Virus genome (UHGV): UHGV-0219736
Length of the DNA: 34,771 bases
From: a virus
Direction: 5' to 3' (one strand)
Part shown: positions 15,010-24,802 of the stretch, piece by piece
Numbering within the stretch: position 1 is the first letter of the stretch
Layout: every line of letters begins with the position of its first letter
Notes under the pieces: model-generated
Told to the model about the DNA's origin: nothing
The model's database searches: none
The model's input: the letters and a program-made list of their open reading frames with translations, nothing else
Program-made: the position numbers and the translations under genes

Positions 15010-15065
15010 ATTATACGTATATAATACGCATTTGTCAATGTTTTTATGCGTATTTTATGCGTATA
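15010..15065 (-). promoter_or_regulatory. hicAB promoter with probable autorepression repeats
   Basis: TTGACA(15038-15033)-17 bp-TATAAT(15015-15010); repeated TGCGTA/TACGTA half-sites in the spacer and upstream. Confidence 0.8.
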
Positions 15066-15085
15066 TTTTATTTTCGTAAGAACCA

Positions 15086-15117
15086 AATAAGCCCCGGCTT
15101 AATCGCCGAGGCTTATT
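15086..15117 (-). terminator. Terminator after the endolysin
   Basis: AATAAGCCCCGGC-TTAATC-GCCGAGGCTTATT inverted repeat. Confidence 0.75.
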
Positions 15118-15118
15118 G

Positions 15119-15841
15119 TCACACAATATTCTTATTATTTTTAGTAATTGCTGCGATCCAGCCGGAAGGGATCCGCATCCATACTGTAGATGCTACCTGT
15201 CTGATTTCTTTACAGGTTACTGTCGTTCCTTTTCGGAGCACTGCATACCCCTGATTATTATCAGAGTGCTTCTTCCCGGATGCCGTCAGCTTGTCCCATC
15301 TTTTCAAGGCACCTGCCGGTGTGATGCGAATGTTCAGCGCAGCAGTCGTCACATAATTCTTGCCCACTGTATAGCAGTTCTGTTGCACCGGTGCAACTTT
15401 CTGTTTCTCCGTCTTCAAGAACAGTGCTCGCTCTGCTTCTCTTCTTCTCGTAAGACCATTCAGCACTTTCCCGCCTGCTTTATTATAGGCAAGAAGCTTC
15501 TCTGCGATCTGTGCAGGTGTCCTTCCGACGCAAAGCTTCTTCAGGTTACCTGGTCCGCAATTGTATGCGAAGCTGATCAGTGCGTCTCTCTGGTTTGTAT
15601 TCAATGTGATCGGCACATACGTTTTGTTGTCTACATAGTCCGCGAACTTCTGGCAGTCTGCAATCAGATATGCTTCTGCCTGCGCCTTTGAGATCTTCAT
15701 GTCTCGCTTAACGTCCAATCCGTAGTGACCATATCCTATGGTATAGTACTTTTCAGTCGCTACCGGCTTGTATGCTGTCAGTCTGCAGCCCTCGAAGGAC
15801 ATGATCAGTTCAAGCCCTGCGTGTCCTATCTTCTTACTCAT
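15119..15841 (-). CDS. Endolysin: GH24 lysozyme plus SH3-like cell-wall-binding domain
   Basis: FEGCRLTAY...TIGYGH...DALISFAYNCG...GLTRRREAE; C-terminal LNIR...WMRIPSGWI. Confidence 0.92.
   Translation of the reverse strand: MSKKIGHAGLELIMSFEGCRLTAYKPVATEKYYTIGYGHYGLDVKRDMKISKAQAEAYLIADCQKFADYVDNKTYVPITLNTNQRDALISFAYNCGPGNLKKLCVGRTPAQIAEKLLAYNKAGGKVLNGLTRRREAERALFLKTEKQKVAPVQQNCYTVGKNYVTTAALNIRITPAGALKRWDKLTASGKKHSDNNQGYAVLRKGTTVTCKEIRQVASTVWMRIPSGWIAAITKNNKNIV
15382..15397. repeat. 16-bp palindrome, copy 4
   Basis: Exact GTTGCACCGGTGCAAC in the endolysin interdomain linker. Confidence 0.95.
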
Positions 15842-16313
15842 CCTGCCCGCCTCCTAACTGCTCCATATGATCATTCACTTTTGTGCGCATCATCAGCATG
15901 ATTGGCTTAAGAAAAGGTGGGATCGGTGTCCCGATATCCTCCATATTCTCCAGAATCGATATGATCTCGTTAAATGTAAGCCACAGAGCTATTGCGATTG
16001 CAAAGACCGGCGGATACTGGATACCCCACCCGGCATTTATAATTGAAGACTTGATAAGCCAGTCTACAAGGCAGCCAATAATGACCAGCCCATGCATACA
16101 GACTTTTTTCTGTATTCCTCTGACGGATATGTAACTCTTAACCGGTTTATCATCCTCTAAATTCCTATACTTTGCTGCCTGGATTCCTGTAATGTAATCC
16201 ATAATATTAAGAAGCAATAAAAGCAGCCATGGGATTGCGAGTACTCCAAGCTTCGCCCAAACAGCGGTTCCTACCATGATAAAAATTGTTCTGACTTTTC
16301 CTAATTCGTTCAT
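15834..16313 (-). CDS. Holin (phage holin 4 / TcdE-like family)
   Basis: DYITG...S....RGI.KK...NEIISILEN...IG.PIP; transmembrane segments; 159 aa from MNELGK. Confidence 0.9.
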   Translation of the reverse strand: MNELGKVRTIFIMVGTAVWAKLGVLAIPWLLLLLLNIMDYITGIQAAKYRNLEDDKPVKSYISVRGIQKKVCMHGLVIIGCLVDWLIKSSIINAGWGIQYPPVFAIAIALWLTFNEIISILENMEDIGTPIPPFLKPIMLMMRTKVNDHMEQLGGGQDE

Positions 16314-16338
16314 TTGTTTTCCTTCCTTTCTATCTTGC

Positions 16339-17070
16339 TTATGCATCAAATTCCACAAGCCATTTGTTGTCTGTTGCACTGTAAGATACTGCTCTAATAT
16401 ATACCTTACCGTTCATGTCGATATATTTTGAGTTGACATCTGTAGCATCTATACGTGAGATATAAGCATACGGAAAAATTACCTGCGCTGTTGTAAATAT
16501 CATTGGGCACATTGCTAATATTCCATTTCCAATTGAAATAGAACCTCTACTGATAGTATCAATCGTACCATCTGCTAAGAGACAACTTCCGGCATTGCTT
16601 GTTCCTTTATAATTGATGAGGAATCCTTTGTGTTCTTCTTCCTCTCCTAATTTTCTATAGACGGAATATGCACAGTTTATTCTTGGGACCTCATTCGTTT
16701 TTGAGAATCCGAATACCACGCTATTTGCATCTTTCTTATAATAAAGGACGCATTGCTGTGTTATTGAAATTGTTGAAACCGTAAAATTATATCCTCCTGC
16801 ATCAAAAGATCCATTTGCATACAAAAAGCCATGTATATAAGTTTTATCTTTATTTGCACGAATCAATACACCATTCTGTGTGTCCTCCCCTGCATGAATC
16901 AGATAATAATATGGATAGTTTTCATCATTTGATTCAAGTTGTGTAACCTTCAAGCCAAGTGCAGTGCTTACCTTTTCTATATCAAAGTCAAACTGATACA
17001 CTGTTGCGCCTGTTGAATTTACAACTGCTTTCGTCAGATATAAATAATTAAGCCCCATTATTGTAGCCAT
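16339..17070 (-). CDS. Hypothetical tail-associated protein
   Basis: 243 aa, beta-rich, between the fibre gene and the holin. Confidence 0.7.
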   Translation of the reverse strand: MATIMGLNYLYLTKAVVNSTGATVYQFDFDIEKVSTALGLKVTQLESNDENYPYYYLIHAGEDTQNGVLIRANKDKTYIHGFLYANGSFDAGGYNFTVSTISITQQCVLYYKKDANSVVFGFSKTNEVPRINCAYSVYRKLGEEEEHKGFLINYKGTSNAGSCLLADGTIDTISRGSISIGNGILAMCPMIFTTAQVIFPYAYISRIDATDVNSKYIDMNGKVYIRAVSYSATDNKWLVEFDA

Positions 17071-17087
17071 GTTCTATCTCCTTTCCG

Positions 17088-18662
17088 TTATTCTGCTGTT
17101 TGTACAGGTGCAGCCTGCAGATCATGGTAAGTAGCCAAACCACCTACCCCTGTGCCACCGTAGGTAACATTTCCACTCGTTTTTGTTTCACTTTTACTTG
17201 TATAATAAATTATGATATTTACATCTTTACTTGCAACAGCAGTGAATGTGTACCATGCTAACACCTTTACAAACCAATTATTCCCTACTCTAAATGGCAG
17301 GACAATGTGAGCTTCCGTATCTGTACAAATAGCAGATACAACAACATCCGGATTACTGATTTCAATAGCTGAAATACCTTGTGCAGTGGTTGTTATTTTC
17401 ATACTTTTGGATAAAAGTTGCTGATTTTTTTCATTTACTGCATTTAATCCACCTGTTATGGTTCCATCACCAATACCTGATATGTCATTTTCTCCAATCT
17501 TATCCAAATACTTTTTAAATTCTGTTGTGAGCACCTTATTTTCAACAGGATTTGTACTTGTTTCAGATAGTTCGGAATCGATAGTAACACTCCCACCTGA
17601 GCTGGTTGTTTCACCCCAACCAGTCCATGTTCCATGATAATATTTTCTGAAGTATTGCTTTCCATTCGTAAAATCTATTGCATACTGATAATTTGCAGCA
17701 CTTGTAGATCCAGCTATACTGTTCAACAGAATACCGCCACCGAATCCATCAGGCAGATTATTTGTCTCTGCTGATCCATTCACAAAATAGATAGCCTTAT
17801 AATCAGTAAGCAAATCACAATCGATACTTGAAATGCTCAAATAATTTTGTGTCTGTGCGCAATCCTTAATCAGGTTAAATACAAGTGCGAAATTGTTGTT
17901 CATAATGCTTGCATAGGACGCTATAACTTCTGTTAATTCCTCAGTTGTTGTAAAAGTCAATGTTCCGGTCTTTCCACGTTCATATTTGATAAGTGTTTCA
18001 AGACTTGTATCCATTTTATTTTCAAGAGCTTCTTTCACGATTTTATTCTGCACTGGATTTTCGCTTGTAGCAGACAGCTCAGTATCTACAGCGATTGCAC
18101 TTGCAGTCGGAGCATACAGGATTGTTTCTGTTCCATCAATCGTTATCTTGCCTATCTGTGTACCCTCTGTCAGCGTAGATTCTGCTGTGACCGTGCTTCC
18201 GCTACCACCGCCGCTAGTAGGCGCATAAAGCTGATAGGTAGTGCCATCCACTGTGATTTCTGCAATATTTGTTCCAGTAAGCGTTTTTTGCACGACTGAT
18301 ACGGTACTGCCGCCTGCGGAAGATGATGGAGCGTAAACATCAAAAGACTGTTCTCCCAAAGTGATAGTACCTATCTTAATACCATCAGAAACCGAATTTT
18401 CGTATTTTAACGATGGCATATAGATTTTATACTGGTTGCTTCCCACTGTGATTGTTCCAAGCCATTGCCTTCCGTCTGATGGAAACTGCTCCACGCTAAC
18501 GGTAACCGTATCAATCGCATTGTCTCTAAGATACGATTCCAGTGCAGCAATAGCTGTATCGTAACTGTTCATTATTGCCGCTGTGACTGGCGTCGTCTTG
18601 GACGGCTTATCTACCCATCCGCTAGGGTATGGTTTTGTAAAAGTCGGTGTGTAATTTGCCAT
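17088..18662 (-). CDS. Tail fibre / receptor-binding protein
   Basis: 524 aa. Four G..IG.IT.DG....LYAP repeats, two DxELS.TS.NPV.NK repeats and a gp53-like YFR.Y...WTGW segment. Confidence 0.75.
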   Translation of the reverse strand: MANYTPTFTKPYPSGWVDKPSKTTPVTAAIMNSYDTAIAALESYLRDNAIDTVTVSVEQFPSDGRQWLGTITVGSNQYKIYMPSLKYENSVSDGIKIGTITLGEQSFDVYAPSSSAGGSTVSVVQKTLTGTNIAEITVDGTTYQLYAPTSGGGSGSTVTAESTLTEGTQIGKITIDGTETILYAPTASAIAVDTELSATSENPVQNKIVKEALENKMDTSLETLIKYERGKTGTLTFTTTEELTEVIASYASIMNNNFALVFNLIKDCAQTQNYLSISSIDCDLLTDYKAIYFVNGSAETNNLPDGFGGGILLNSIAGSTSAANYQYAIDFTNGKQYFRKYYHGTWTGWGETTSSGGSVTIDSELSETSTNPVENKVLTTEFKKYLDKIGENDISGIGDGTITGGLNAVNEKNQQLLSKSMKITTTAQGISAIEISNPDVVVSAICTDTEAHIVLPFRVGNNWFVKVLAWYTFTAVASKDVNIIIYYTSKSETKTSGNVTYGGTGVGGLATYHDLQAAPVQTAE

Positions 18663-18673
18663 GATGATCTCCT

Positions 18674-19933
18674 TTACTCCTCATTCCTGTTAAATGCTTC
18701 AATTTGTACAACTTCAATTTCTTCTAGTGTTTCTTTATCAATCTTTATATAATTTGTAGTAGATTCTCCTGCACCATATAAAGATCCTCTCAGAATATTC
18801 ACATATATATATTTCTCATCGCAAATAGGGCATGTAAATCCAAAATAGTAATTAGGATTATCACTTTTATGTTCTATCTCTTTCAATGTATCTATAGATT
18901 TTCCTACCCAAAACACTTGATTTACGACATTCCATTCCATAAATACAAAAAATAAACCATCAATATAGCAAATTCTTTTTAAGTGAAATCCCGAATTTAT
19001 CAATTCTTTTTCGATTTTTAATTCTTCTCCATCATAAGAAAAAATTTTTAAATCTCTTTTTCTGGATGATTCTATATGATATCCTGCCAAGTAAGCTATG
19101 TTGTTGTGGATCAGAAAACCTTTATGAAAATCTATCACTTGATTTTTTGTGTATTGTGATTCCGTCAATAAAATTCCGCTTGCATCAGTAAATTTATTAT
19201 CTGTTCTTATAATTAACGGTTTAGCCGTTTCGTAAGTTCCTACTGCACTAATGCAATATTTGTCCTTAAAATAAAAAGCACTGCTAAAAACACTCGACAT
19301 TTTACGGCTGTATTCTACGGCATTTACTATTTCTCCTTCATAGTTTCTTTTTATAATTTGAGCAACAGTATAATTTTCATAGTTTTCATCCTGCCTAACC
19401 GTACTAAAACCTTGAACCATACCGCTTTTTTCCAATACACTACCATAATAAAAACCTCTGATATTTATTGGATTTTCAATAGTATTTTCTTCTATTTTTA
19501 TTTCTTCTGTGTTAGCGGTAAAATTATATGGAATCAAATATGCATCTCCATAATCACTTGTATTTGATTGGATTTTTGAAAGGACAATTCCATATTGCGT
19601 AGCGGACAACTTGTAATCATATCCTGCGTCCAATCGTTTTATAACTTCTATTTTTCCTGCCTGTTTATTCCATTTACATAGCCATTTTTTTGAACTGACA
19701 AGCTCTCCACCATTGCGTCTTCTTTGCTCAACAACAGCGCATATATACGTTTCATCATTATATATTGCAAAATCAGATATATATGGAATCCATTTGTATT
19801 TTCCTGTATCTTCCAGCTTCTCCCAAATAAGCTGCCCTCCAAGGTACATCTTGTCATGGTAATGCCCCTGATAATATATTTCCTTGTGCTTATTCCCACG
19901 ATAATAAATCGTACTTGATTGTTTTCTTGCCAT
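18674..19933 (-). CDS. Tail-tip/baseplate-region protein with an AT-rich C-terminal module
   Basis: 419 aa; short N-terminal IYY..G..IW adaptor followed by a beta-rich, AT-rich region. Confidence 0.65.
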   Translation of the reverse strand: MARKQSSTIYYRGNKHKEIYYQGHYHDKMYLGGQLIWEKLEDTGKYKWIPYISDFAIYNDETYICAVVEQRRRNGGELVSSKKWLCKWNKQAGKIEVIKRLDAGYDYKLSATQYGIVLSKIQSNTSDYGDAYLIPYNFTANTEEIKIEENTIENPINIRGFYYGSVLEKSGMVQGFSTVRQDENYENYTVAQIIKRNYEGEIVNAVEYSRKMSSVFSSAFYFKDKYCISAVGTYETAKPLIIRTDNKFTDASGILLTESQYTKNQVIDFHKGFLIHNNIAYLAGYHIESSRKRDLKIFSYDGEELKIEKELINSGFHLKRICYIDGLFFVFMEWNVVNQVFWVGKSIDTLKEIEHKSDNPNYYFGFTCPICDEKYIYVNILRGSLYGAGESTTNYIKIDKETLEEIEVVQIEAFNRNEE

Positions 19934-19934
19934 A

Positions 19935-21362
19935 TCATCCCACCGTCCCCTGGATCAGATATATAGTATTAGCATCAGGGAGAGCAGGAAGTGCTGTGAC
20001 TGATTCCACCTTCAAACCATTTTCCGCTGCATCTTCCAGGCTTTTGATCCTTTCATCCTGCTTATCTGTCTTTTCCTTCAGCGAAGCCGTTGAAACATCT
20101 TCCCGGATACCAAGATCAGACACAAACCGTCTCTGCTTTTCTTCTCCCTGTGCTGTCAGGGTATCTGTCAGAGACTGGATCCCCTTCAGCGTCCTCGAAA
20201 GCACATAAAAGCTTTTCAGGACAAATACATCCTTTTTCTGCCTGTCTGATTCTTCAAAATCATACGCGTAAAACTGAACCGGATCCCCAACCTCTAAGAA
20301 TGGCAGTCCTGTACACTCTGCTGTAAACGGTGTATAGGTCACACCTTGTACCTTATTCAGGATGGCTGCGGCAATCTCTCTTTTTTCTTGTTTGGTGGTG
20401 CCAAGCGTAAAGCGGTTTCCCTGCACTATGTATTTGTATTTCTTATCAGATCCGGCATATCCGGCTTTTGTATCTTCCGACTGTCTGACATATACCTTAG
20501 TGATCCCATGCACGTCATAATCTTCATAGGTTACGCTTTTGTACGATGGAAAAAATGTCGAATCTGTAATGATATCCGTAACGCCGATTCCCGGCACAAA
20601 CGGCAGATACAGTCCATATGTCTTATCATCCGGATCCACGCCGGGATATGCACCATCATCCTCATCCTCCACGCCTAAACGTCTGTAGTCCATTTCTCCA
20701 TTTCTGTTTATGATGCCAAACACACCATTGATCTGGCAGATCGCTTTGATCAGATCAAGAGCATAGATCTTTTCCTGCTCCTCTTCATCAGCATCTTCCC
20801 CATTGTTATCTACCATATTTACAAGCTGCTTGATGGAAAAACTGTCATTTGCCAATGTCCGCTTTTTCTGTGTCAGTCCCAGGAACACAAACAGGTCATT
20901 CCGGAATTTCTTAATGGTCAGTTTTTTACCCATTTTCAGGTAAGCCACCTGTGTCCGGAACCATGATGTAACATCCTCATCTGCAAGACTGTACATCATG
21001 TCGTATGCAGTTATTTCAATCGATTTTTTATTGCTCTGCAATTTAACATCATCTACAACTCCATGAAACAAAGGAATTGGAGCTCCCACTGTATTTTCCG
21101 TATGCAGAGACACTTCTATTTTTTTACCCTTTAAACCCTTATGGAGTCCATTGATAGTTATCTTAAAAACACTGGCATTGCACCCAACATATTCCACACT
21201 TTTTTTATCAAGCAGCCGTTCTTTCAATACCATGCTTTCCTGACAAATATCATAGGGAGAGATATTTATAACCTCAGTATCAGATTTACTTATGCTGATA
21301 TTCAGATACCTTGTCGTATTCTTAAAATACTCATTCTTGACTGCATTACTCACTTTTAGCAT
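19935..21362 (-). CDS. Tail protein (baseplate hub/Tal-like)
   Basis: Position after Dit; IPLFHGVV...EITAYD...AICQINGVFGIINRNG...GLPFLEVGD. Confidence 0.75.
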   Translation of the reverse strand: MLKVSNAVKNEYFKNTTRYLNISISKSDTEVINISPYDICQESMVLKERLLDKKSVEYVGCNASVFKITINGLHKGLKGKKIEVSLHTENTVGAPIPLFHGVVDDVKLQSNKKSIEITAYDMMYSLADEDVTSWFRTQVAYLKMGKKLTIKKFRNDLFVFLGLTQKKRTLANDSFSIKQLVNMVDNNGEDADEEEQEKIYALDLIKAICQINGVFGIINRNGEMDYRRLGVEDEDDGAYPGVDPDDKTYGLYLPFVPGIGVTDIITDSTFFPSYKSVTYEDYDVHGITKVYVRQSEDTKAGYAGSDKKYKYIVQGNRFTLGTTKQEKREIAAAILNKVQGVTYTPFTAECTGLPFLEVGDPVQFYAYDFEESDRQKKDVFVLKSFYVLSRTLKGIQSLTDTLTAQGEEKQRRFVSDLGIREDVSTASLKEKTDKQDERIKSLEDAAENGLKVESVTALPALPDANTIYLIQGTVG

Positions 21363-21758
21363 TTAATATTCCACCATCTCCAGCGTGAATCCACTCATAT
21401 ACTTCTGCCCGTTTATTTCTTTTATCACTTTTCCAAATTTTTGGTTGGAATCAATATACATGTGGCCGGTTTTCATGGATCCGCTCTCTGTATCATAATA
21501 AGTAACTGTTGCATCACGCTCTTCATAGCAAATATAATTCTGAACCAGTCTATCCATAAAAAATCTATGGGTATTTTCATACATGGAACCTATTTCCATG
21601 GACAGACTGGTACGCGTATGTTTGAGTGTTTTTCTATGTAATTCTCCATTTACAGCATCCTGATAGGAATCGATATCTGTTCTCCTATTCGGAGTCGGAT
21701 CATATCCTTCCTGCAGTATGTAAGGTGTTAAATCAAAATCTCCAAATTTTACCAACAT
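21363..21758 (-). CDS. Distal tail protein-like
   Basis: 131 aa directly after the tape measure gene; D..NG.LHR...VTYYD...MY...LEMVEY. Confidence 0.65.
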   Translation of the reverse strand: MLVKFGDFDLTPYILQEGYDPTPNRRTDIDSYQDAVNGELHRKTLKHTRTSLSMEIGSMYENTHRFFMDRLVQNYICYEERDATVTYYDTESGSMKTGHMYIDSNQKFGKVIKEINGQKYMSGFTLEMVEY

Positions 21759-21777
21759 CTAACTCACCCTATTTTTA

Positions 21778-24198
21778 TCAACTAAAGGCCCTGTCCCCTG
21801 TGCTCTTGTTGTACTCAACTGCTTGCACCCTTACAGTTTCAAATATTCCGCTCGGATCCGGTACCGGTACTACCGTAACCTCTATTTTCTGACTTAATTT
21901 ATTCGCCAGATCATCCATCCACCCGGTATTATTTTCCAAAGGAAGGACAGCCTCTTTTCCCTGTTCCGCGATATTCACTATCGTTGAGCTTGTGGCGATA
22001 CCACCATTGGCCAGCCTTGGAATCTTTACTGTGTTCAATGGTGCAAGATTCAGGCCGCCCCAGCTAACCCCGCCAATGATCGGCACATTATCGGGAATAT
22101 CAACCTTAATAGCATTTAATAGCGAAATAAGACTATTAATTCCGGATACTACCTTATTGATGAACCCTTCAACATGTCCGATTCCACCATTTAATTCTTC
22201 TTTTATATCATTCTTTAACTCTGCAAGTCCCTGCTTGGCTTCTGCTTTTACCTGTGCAAAATCCTGCTTGGTTTCATCAAACGCCGTTGAGATTTTTTCT
22301 CTGATTCCCTTTGTCCATTCGTTATAATCGTCATTGATGGCAATCAGTCCATCGTCTATATCTTCCTTCCAAAGAGCCAATGCTTCTTTCCATGTCCCAT
22401 CAGTAACAGAATCCTTGATTTCACCCATCATTTCCGTGAATGACATATCGATCTGCTCACCGGTGATCCACTCATTTATTTTTTCACCAAGTTTAAACCC
22501 AACAATGGCAGCTACAATGGCAGCTACAATCGTAGTTCCTATTGTAGCTCCTAAAGATGCAGCTCCGATTTCGCCCATCTTTACCCCTGCAATTATATCT
22601 GTAAGACTTGTTTGCATTAGAAGTGGTACCCCGGAAAAAGCACCTCCAATTCCTGCAAGGAGGCTCTTTCCAAACGGAATGATATATTTTGATCCAAATA
22701 GCAGTAAGAATCCGCCAAATGTCTCTAAGACGCCCATCAGGAGAATTGTTGCATTTTCCCATGTAAGACCATTCTCCACGATATCATGTATTGCCGTAAC
22801 CATTTTAGCGATGCCATCTATAACAAGGAAAATACCTGCGCCCTTCTTGCCGAACAAAGCGAAGATTCCACCAAAGGCAAGTGCTGTTCCGGCTAAATTG
22901 ACAAGAAGGTTCTTCCAATTGATTCCATTATTCCACATATCCATATAAGACCAGGCTTCCATAGCAAGCCCCGCTATTGCAGCAATGGTTGCAAGTATTT
23001 TCCCCAGCACCGGATTCGTTTTCATAAGACCGGAAAGGAAACCGGCAATTTTCCACGCCGCCATTGCGGTACCTATTGCCAGCACTATTGGTAAGATAGT
23101 CTTCAGGATCTTCTTCACCTTTTCTATCCACGCAAAGTCTTTCTCGGTGAGCGGTACTTCCTCCCAAACAGCCCCACTGCTTTTGCTCTTTGTTTTTTTA
23201 CCACTGCTTTTATCACTGTTCAGAACATTCAGCTTATCATATCCGGCAACGGCTTTCTGAGCTTCCTTGGCACTTTCTGCTGTATCATCCAAAGCACCTG
23301 CATACTGCTTCTGTTGTTTAACAGCTCTTGTCCATGTAGATTTTCCCATAAGAGCAGAAATAAATTTATTTACCGCATTAATCGCATTTGTAAGAAAGTC
23401 AATGAATTTCGTCAAATATGGGATTGCCGTAGTAATGATCGGAGCAAATGCTGCTGCCAGTGAGTTTTTCATATTATCTGTTGACGACTGAAAATCTGAC
23501 ATTGCACGATTGTAAGAATCACTGTACTGTGCAAATTCTTTTAGTCCACTCGCCAGAGCCGTTCTCATTGAATTCAGCAGTTTTGTGATCACAGAGAATA
23601 CAAAAACCTGCTTTACAAGCTGCGTCAGCCTACGTCCAAAGGTATCTATACTATTCGCAGACTTTTTCGCCGATTTCGAGATACGCTCCATAGAATCGGC
23701 ACCCGTTTTTCCCGCTTTGATCTGCTTAGCAATCAACTCATCATGCTTTTTATTCAGCACTTCTAAATCCTTTTGCGCACTGCTATACTGTTCTGACAGG
23801 GACATATACTCACTTGTCTGCGTTCCCGGCATAAAAGCTGTTCCCTCTTTGCGCATCTGTTTCATATACGCTTCCTGGGCTCTCACATCGGATCCCTTTT
23901 GCTCTACCTGTGCATCAAGTGCATTCCATTTGGCTCCCGCCCTTTTTCCGTTCCACTGTTCCTGCTTTTGAATCAGCTTTTCCAGTTCCTTATTATCACG
24001 GGCAAGCGTTCTTTCCAGTTCTTTATATTCCTCTGTCGGGACCTTGGCCTTCACTGCAGCATCCATTTTGTCTTTTAAAGACTGAACCTTTTGAGCGGTC
24101 TTTTCTATGCGGTTCTCAAGAGACATCATCTGGCTGCTTGCATCCTTCGTATTCAGTTCTGTATTGATCTTGACGCTTCCATCATATCCACCAGCCAT
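21778..24198 (-). CDS. Tape measure protein
   Basis: 806 aa; YDGSVKINT N-terminus, coiled coil, transmembrane cluster, IPRLANGG...AE.G.EAVLPLENNTGW. Confidence 0.92.
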   Translation of the reverse strand: MAGGYDGSVKINTELNTKDASSQMMSLENRIEKTAQKVQSLKDKMDAAVKAKVPTEEYKELERTLARDNKELEKLIQKQEQWNGKRAGAKWNALDAQVEQKGSDVRAQEAYMKQMRKEGTAFMPGTQTSEYMSLSEQYSSAQKDLEVLNKKHDELIAKQIKAGKTGADSMERISKSAKKSANSIDTFGRRLTQLVKQVFVFSVITKLLNSMRTALASGLKEFAQYSDSYNRAMSDFQSSTDNMKNSLAAAFAPIITTAIPYLTKFIDFLTNAINAVNKFISALMGKSTWTRAVKQQKQYAGALDDTAESAKEAQKAVAGYDKLNVLNSDKSSGKKTKSKSSGAVWEEVPLTEKDFAWIEKVKKILKTILPIVLAIGTAMAAWKIAGFLSGLMKTNPVLGKILATIAAIAGLAMEAWSYMDMWNNGINWKNLLVNLAGTALAFGGIFALFGKKGAGIFLVIDGIAKMVTAIHDIVENGLTWENATILLMGVLETFGGFLLLFGSKYIIPFGKSLLAGIGGAFSGVPLLMQTSLTDIIAGVKMGEIGAASLGATIGTTIVAAIVAAIVGFKLGEKINEWITGEQIDMSFTEMMGEIKDSVTDGTWKEALALWKEDIDDGLIAINDDYNEWTKGIREKISTAFDETKQDFAQVKAEAKQGLAELKNDIKEELNGGIGHVEGFINKVVSGINSLISLLNAIKVDIPDNVPIIGGVSWGGLNLAPLNTVKIPRLANGGIATSSTIVNIAEQGKEAVLPLENNTGWMDDLANKLSQKIEVTVVPVPDPSGIFETVRVQAVEYNKSTGDRAFS

Positions 24199-24199
24199 A

Positions 24200-24802
24200 T
24201 TACTGCTCCTTGTGCTTCATTCTTGCCATCATGCGATCATATGCATCTATTTTATCTTTCTCTTCCTGAGAGTACTCCTGTCCGGGCTGTTCAAGCTCAT
24301 ATACGTTCTTGGCTTCCCTGATCATCTTCTTTTCCTCTGGTCCCATCTTCCCTGTAATTGCTTTCTTCCTGATTTCAATTACCTGTAAAAATGATGAATA
24401 TTTGTAAGGCATGTTCCATAAAAGCCCCATAAACTCCCAAAAGTGCATATCCGTTGTATTCAGATTGATAGCATATATCTGCATAAAATCAGCAAATATA
24501 CGATATTGGTCGATATCATAATCTATCAATCTCTTTTCCTGTCTGCCACCTGATTGCCTGTCATGATACCACCCATTCAGAAACCAGTTGATACAGCTTT
24601 CAAGATCCGTTCCAACTGGATGTTCCCGCAGATTTCCATCATCATCCTCAAATAAAAGATACAGGATAACATTGGTTTTCTCCCAATCAGCCAATTCCTT
24701 ATCATCACGAACCAGAAAAGCCTGTATTCCAATCCGAAAAGAAGTATTTACCTGGTATCCATTCCATTCATGCGGCAATGGATCCAAAAGGATATTGTTC
24801 AT
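24200..24802 (-). CDS. Gp15-family protein (A118-like tail module)
   Basis: Y.VNTSFR...DYDIDQYRIFADF.Q.Y.INL...MHFWEF..LL...VIEIR. Confidence 0.85.
   Translation of the reverse strand: MNNILLDPLPHEWNGYQVNTSFRIGIQAFLVRDDKELADWEKTNVILYLLFEDDDGNLREHPVGTDLESCINWFLNGWYHDRQSGGRQEKRLIDYDIDQYRIFADFMQIYAINLNTTDMHFWEFMGLLWNMPYKYSSFLQVIEIRKKAITGKMGPEEKKMIREAKNVYELEQPGQEYSQEEKDKIDAYDRMMARMKHKEQ

Noticed and set aside
16339..19933. Diversity-generating retroelement or invertible tail-fibre cassette
   Set aside because: No reverse transcriptase, adenine-variant TR/VR pair or invertase was seen.
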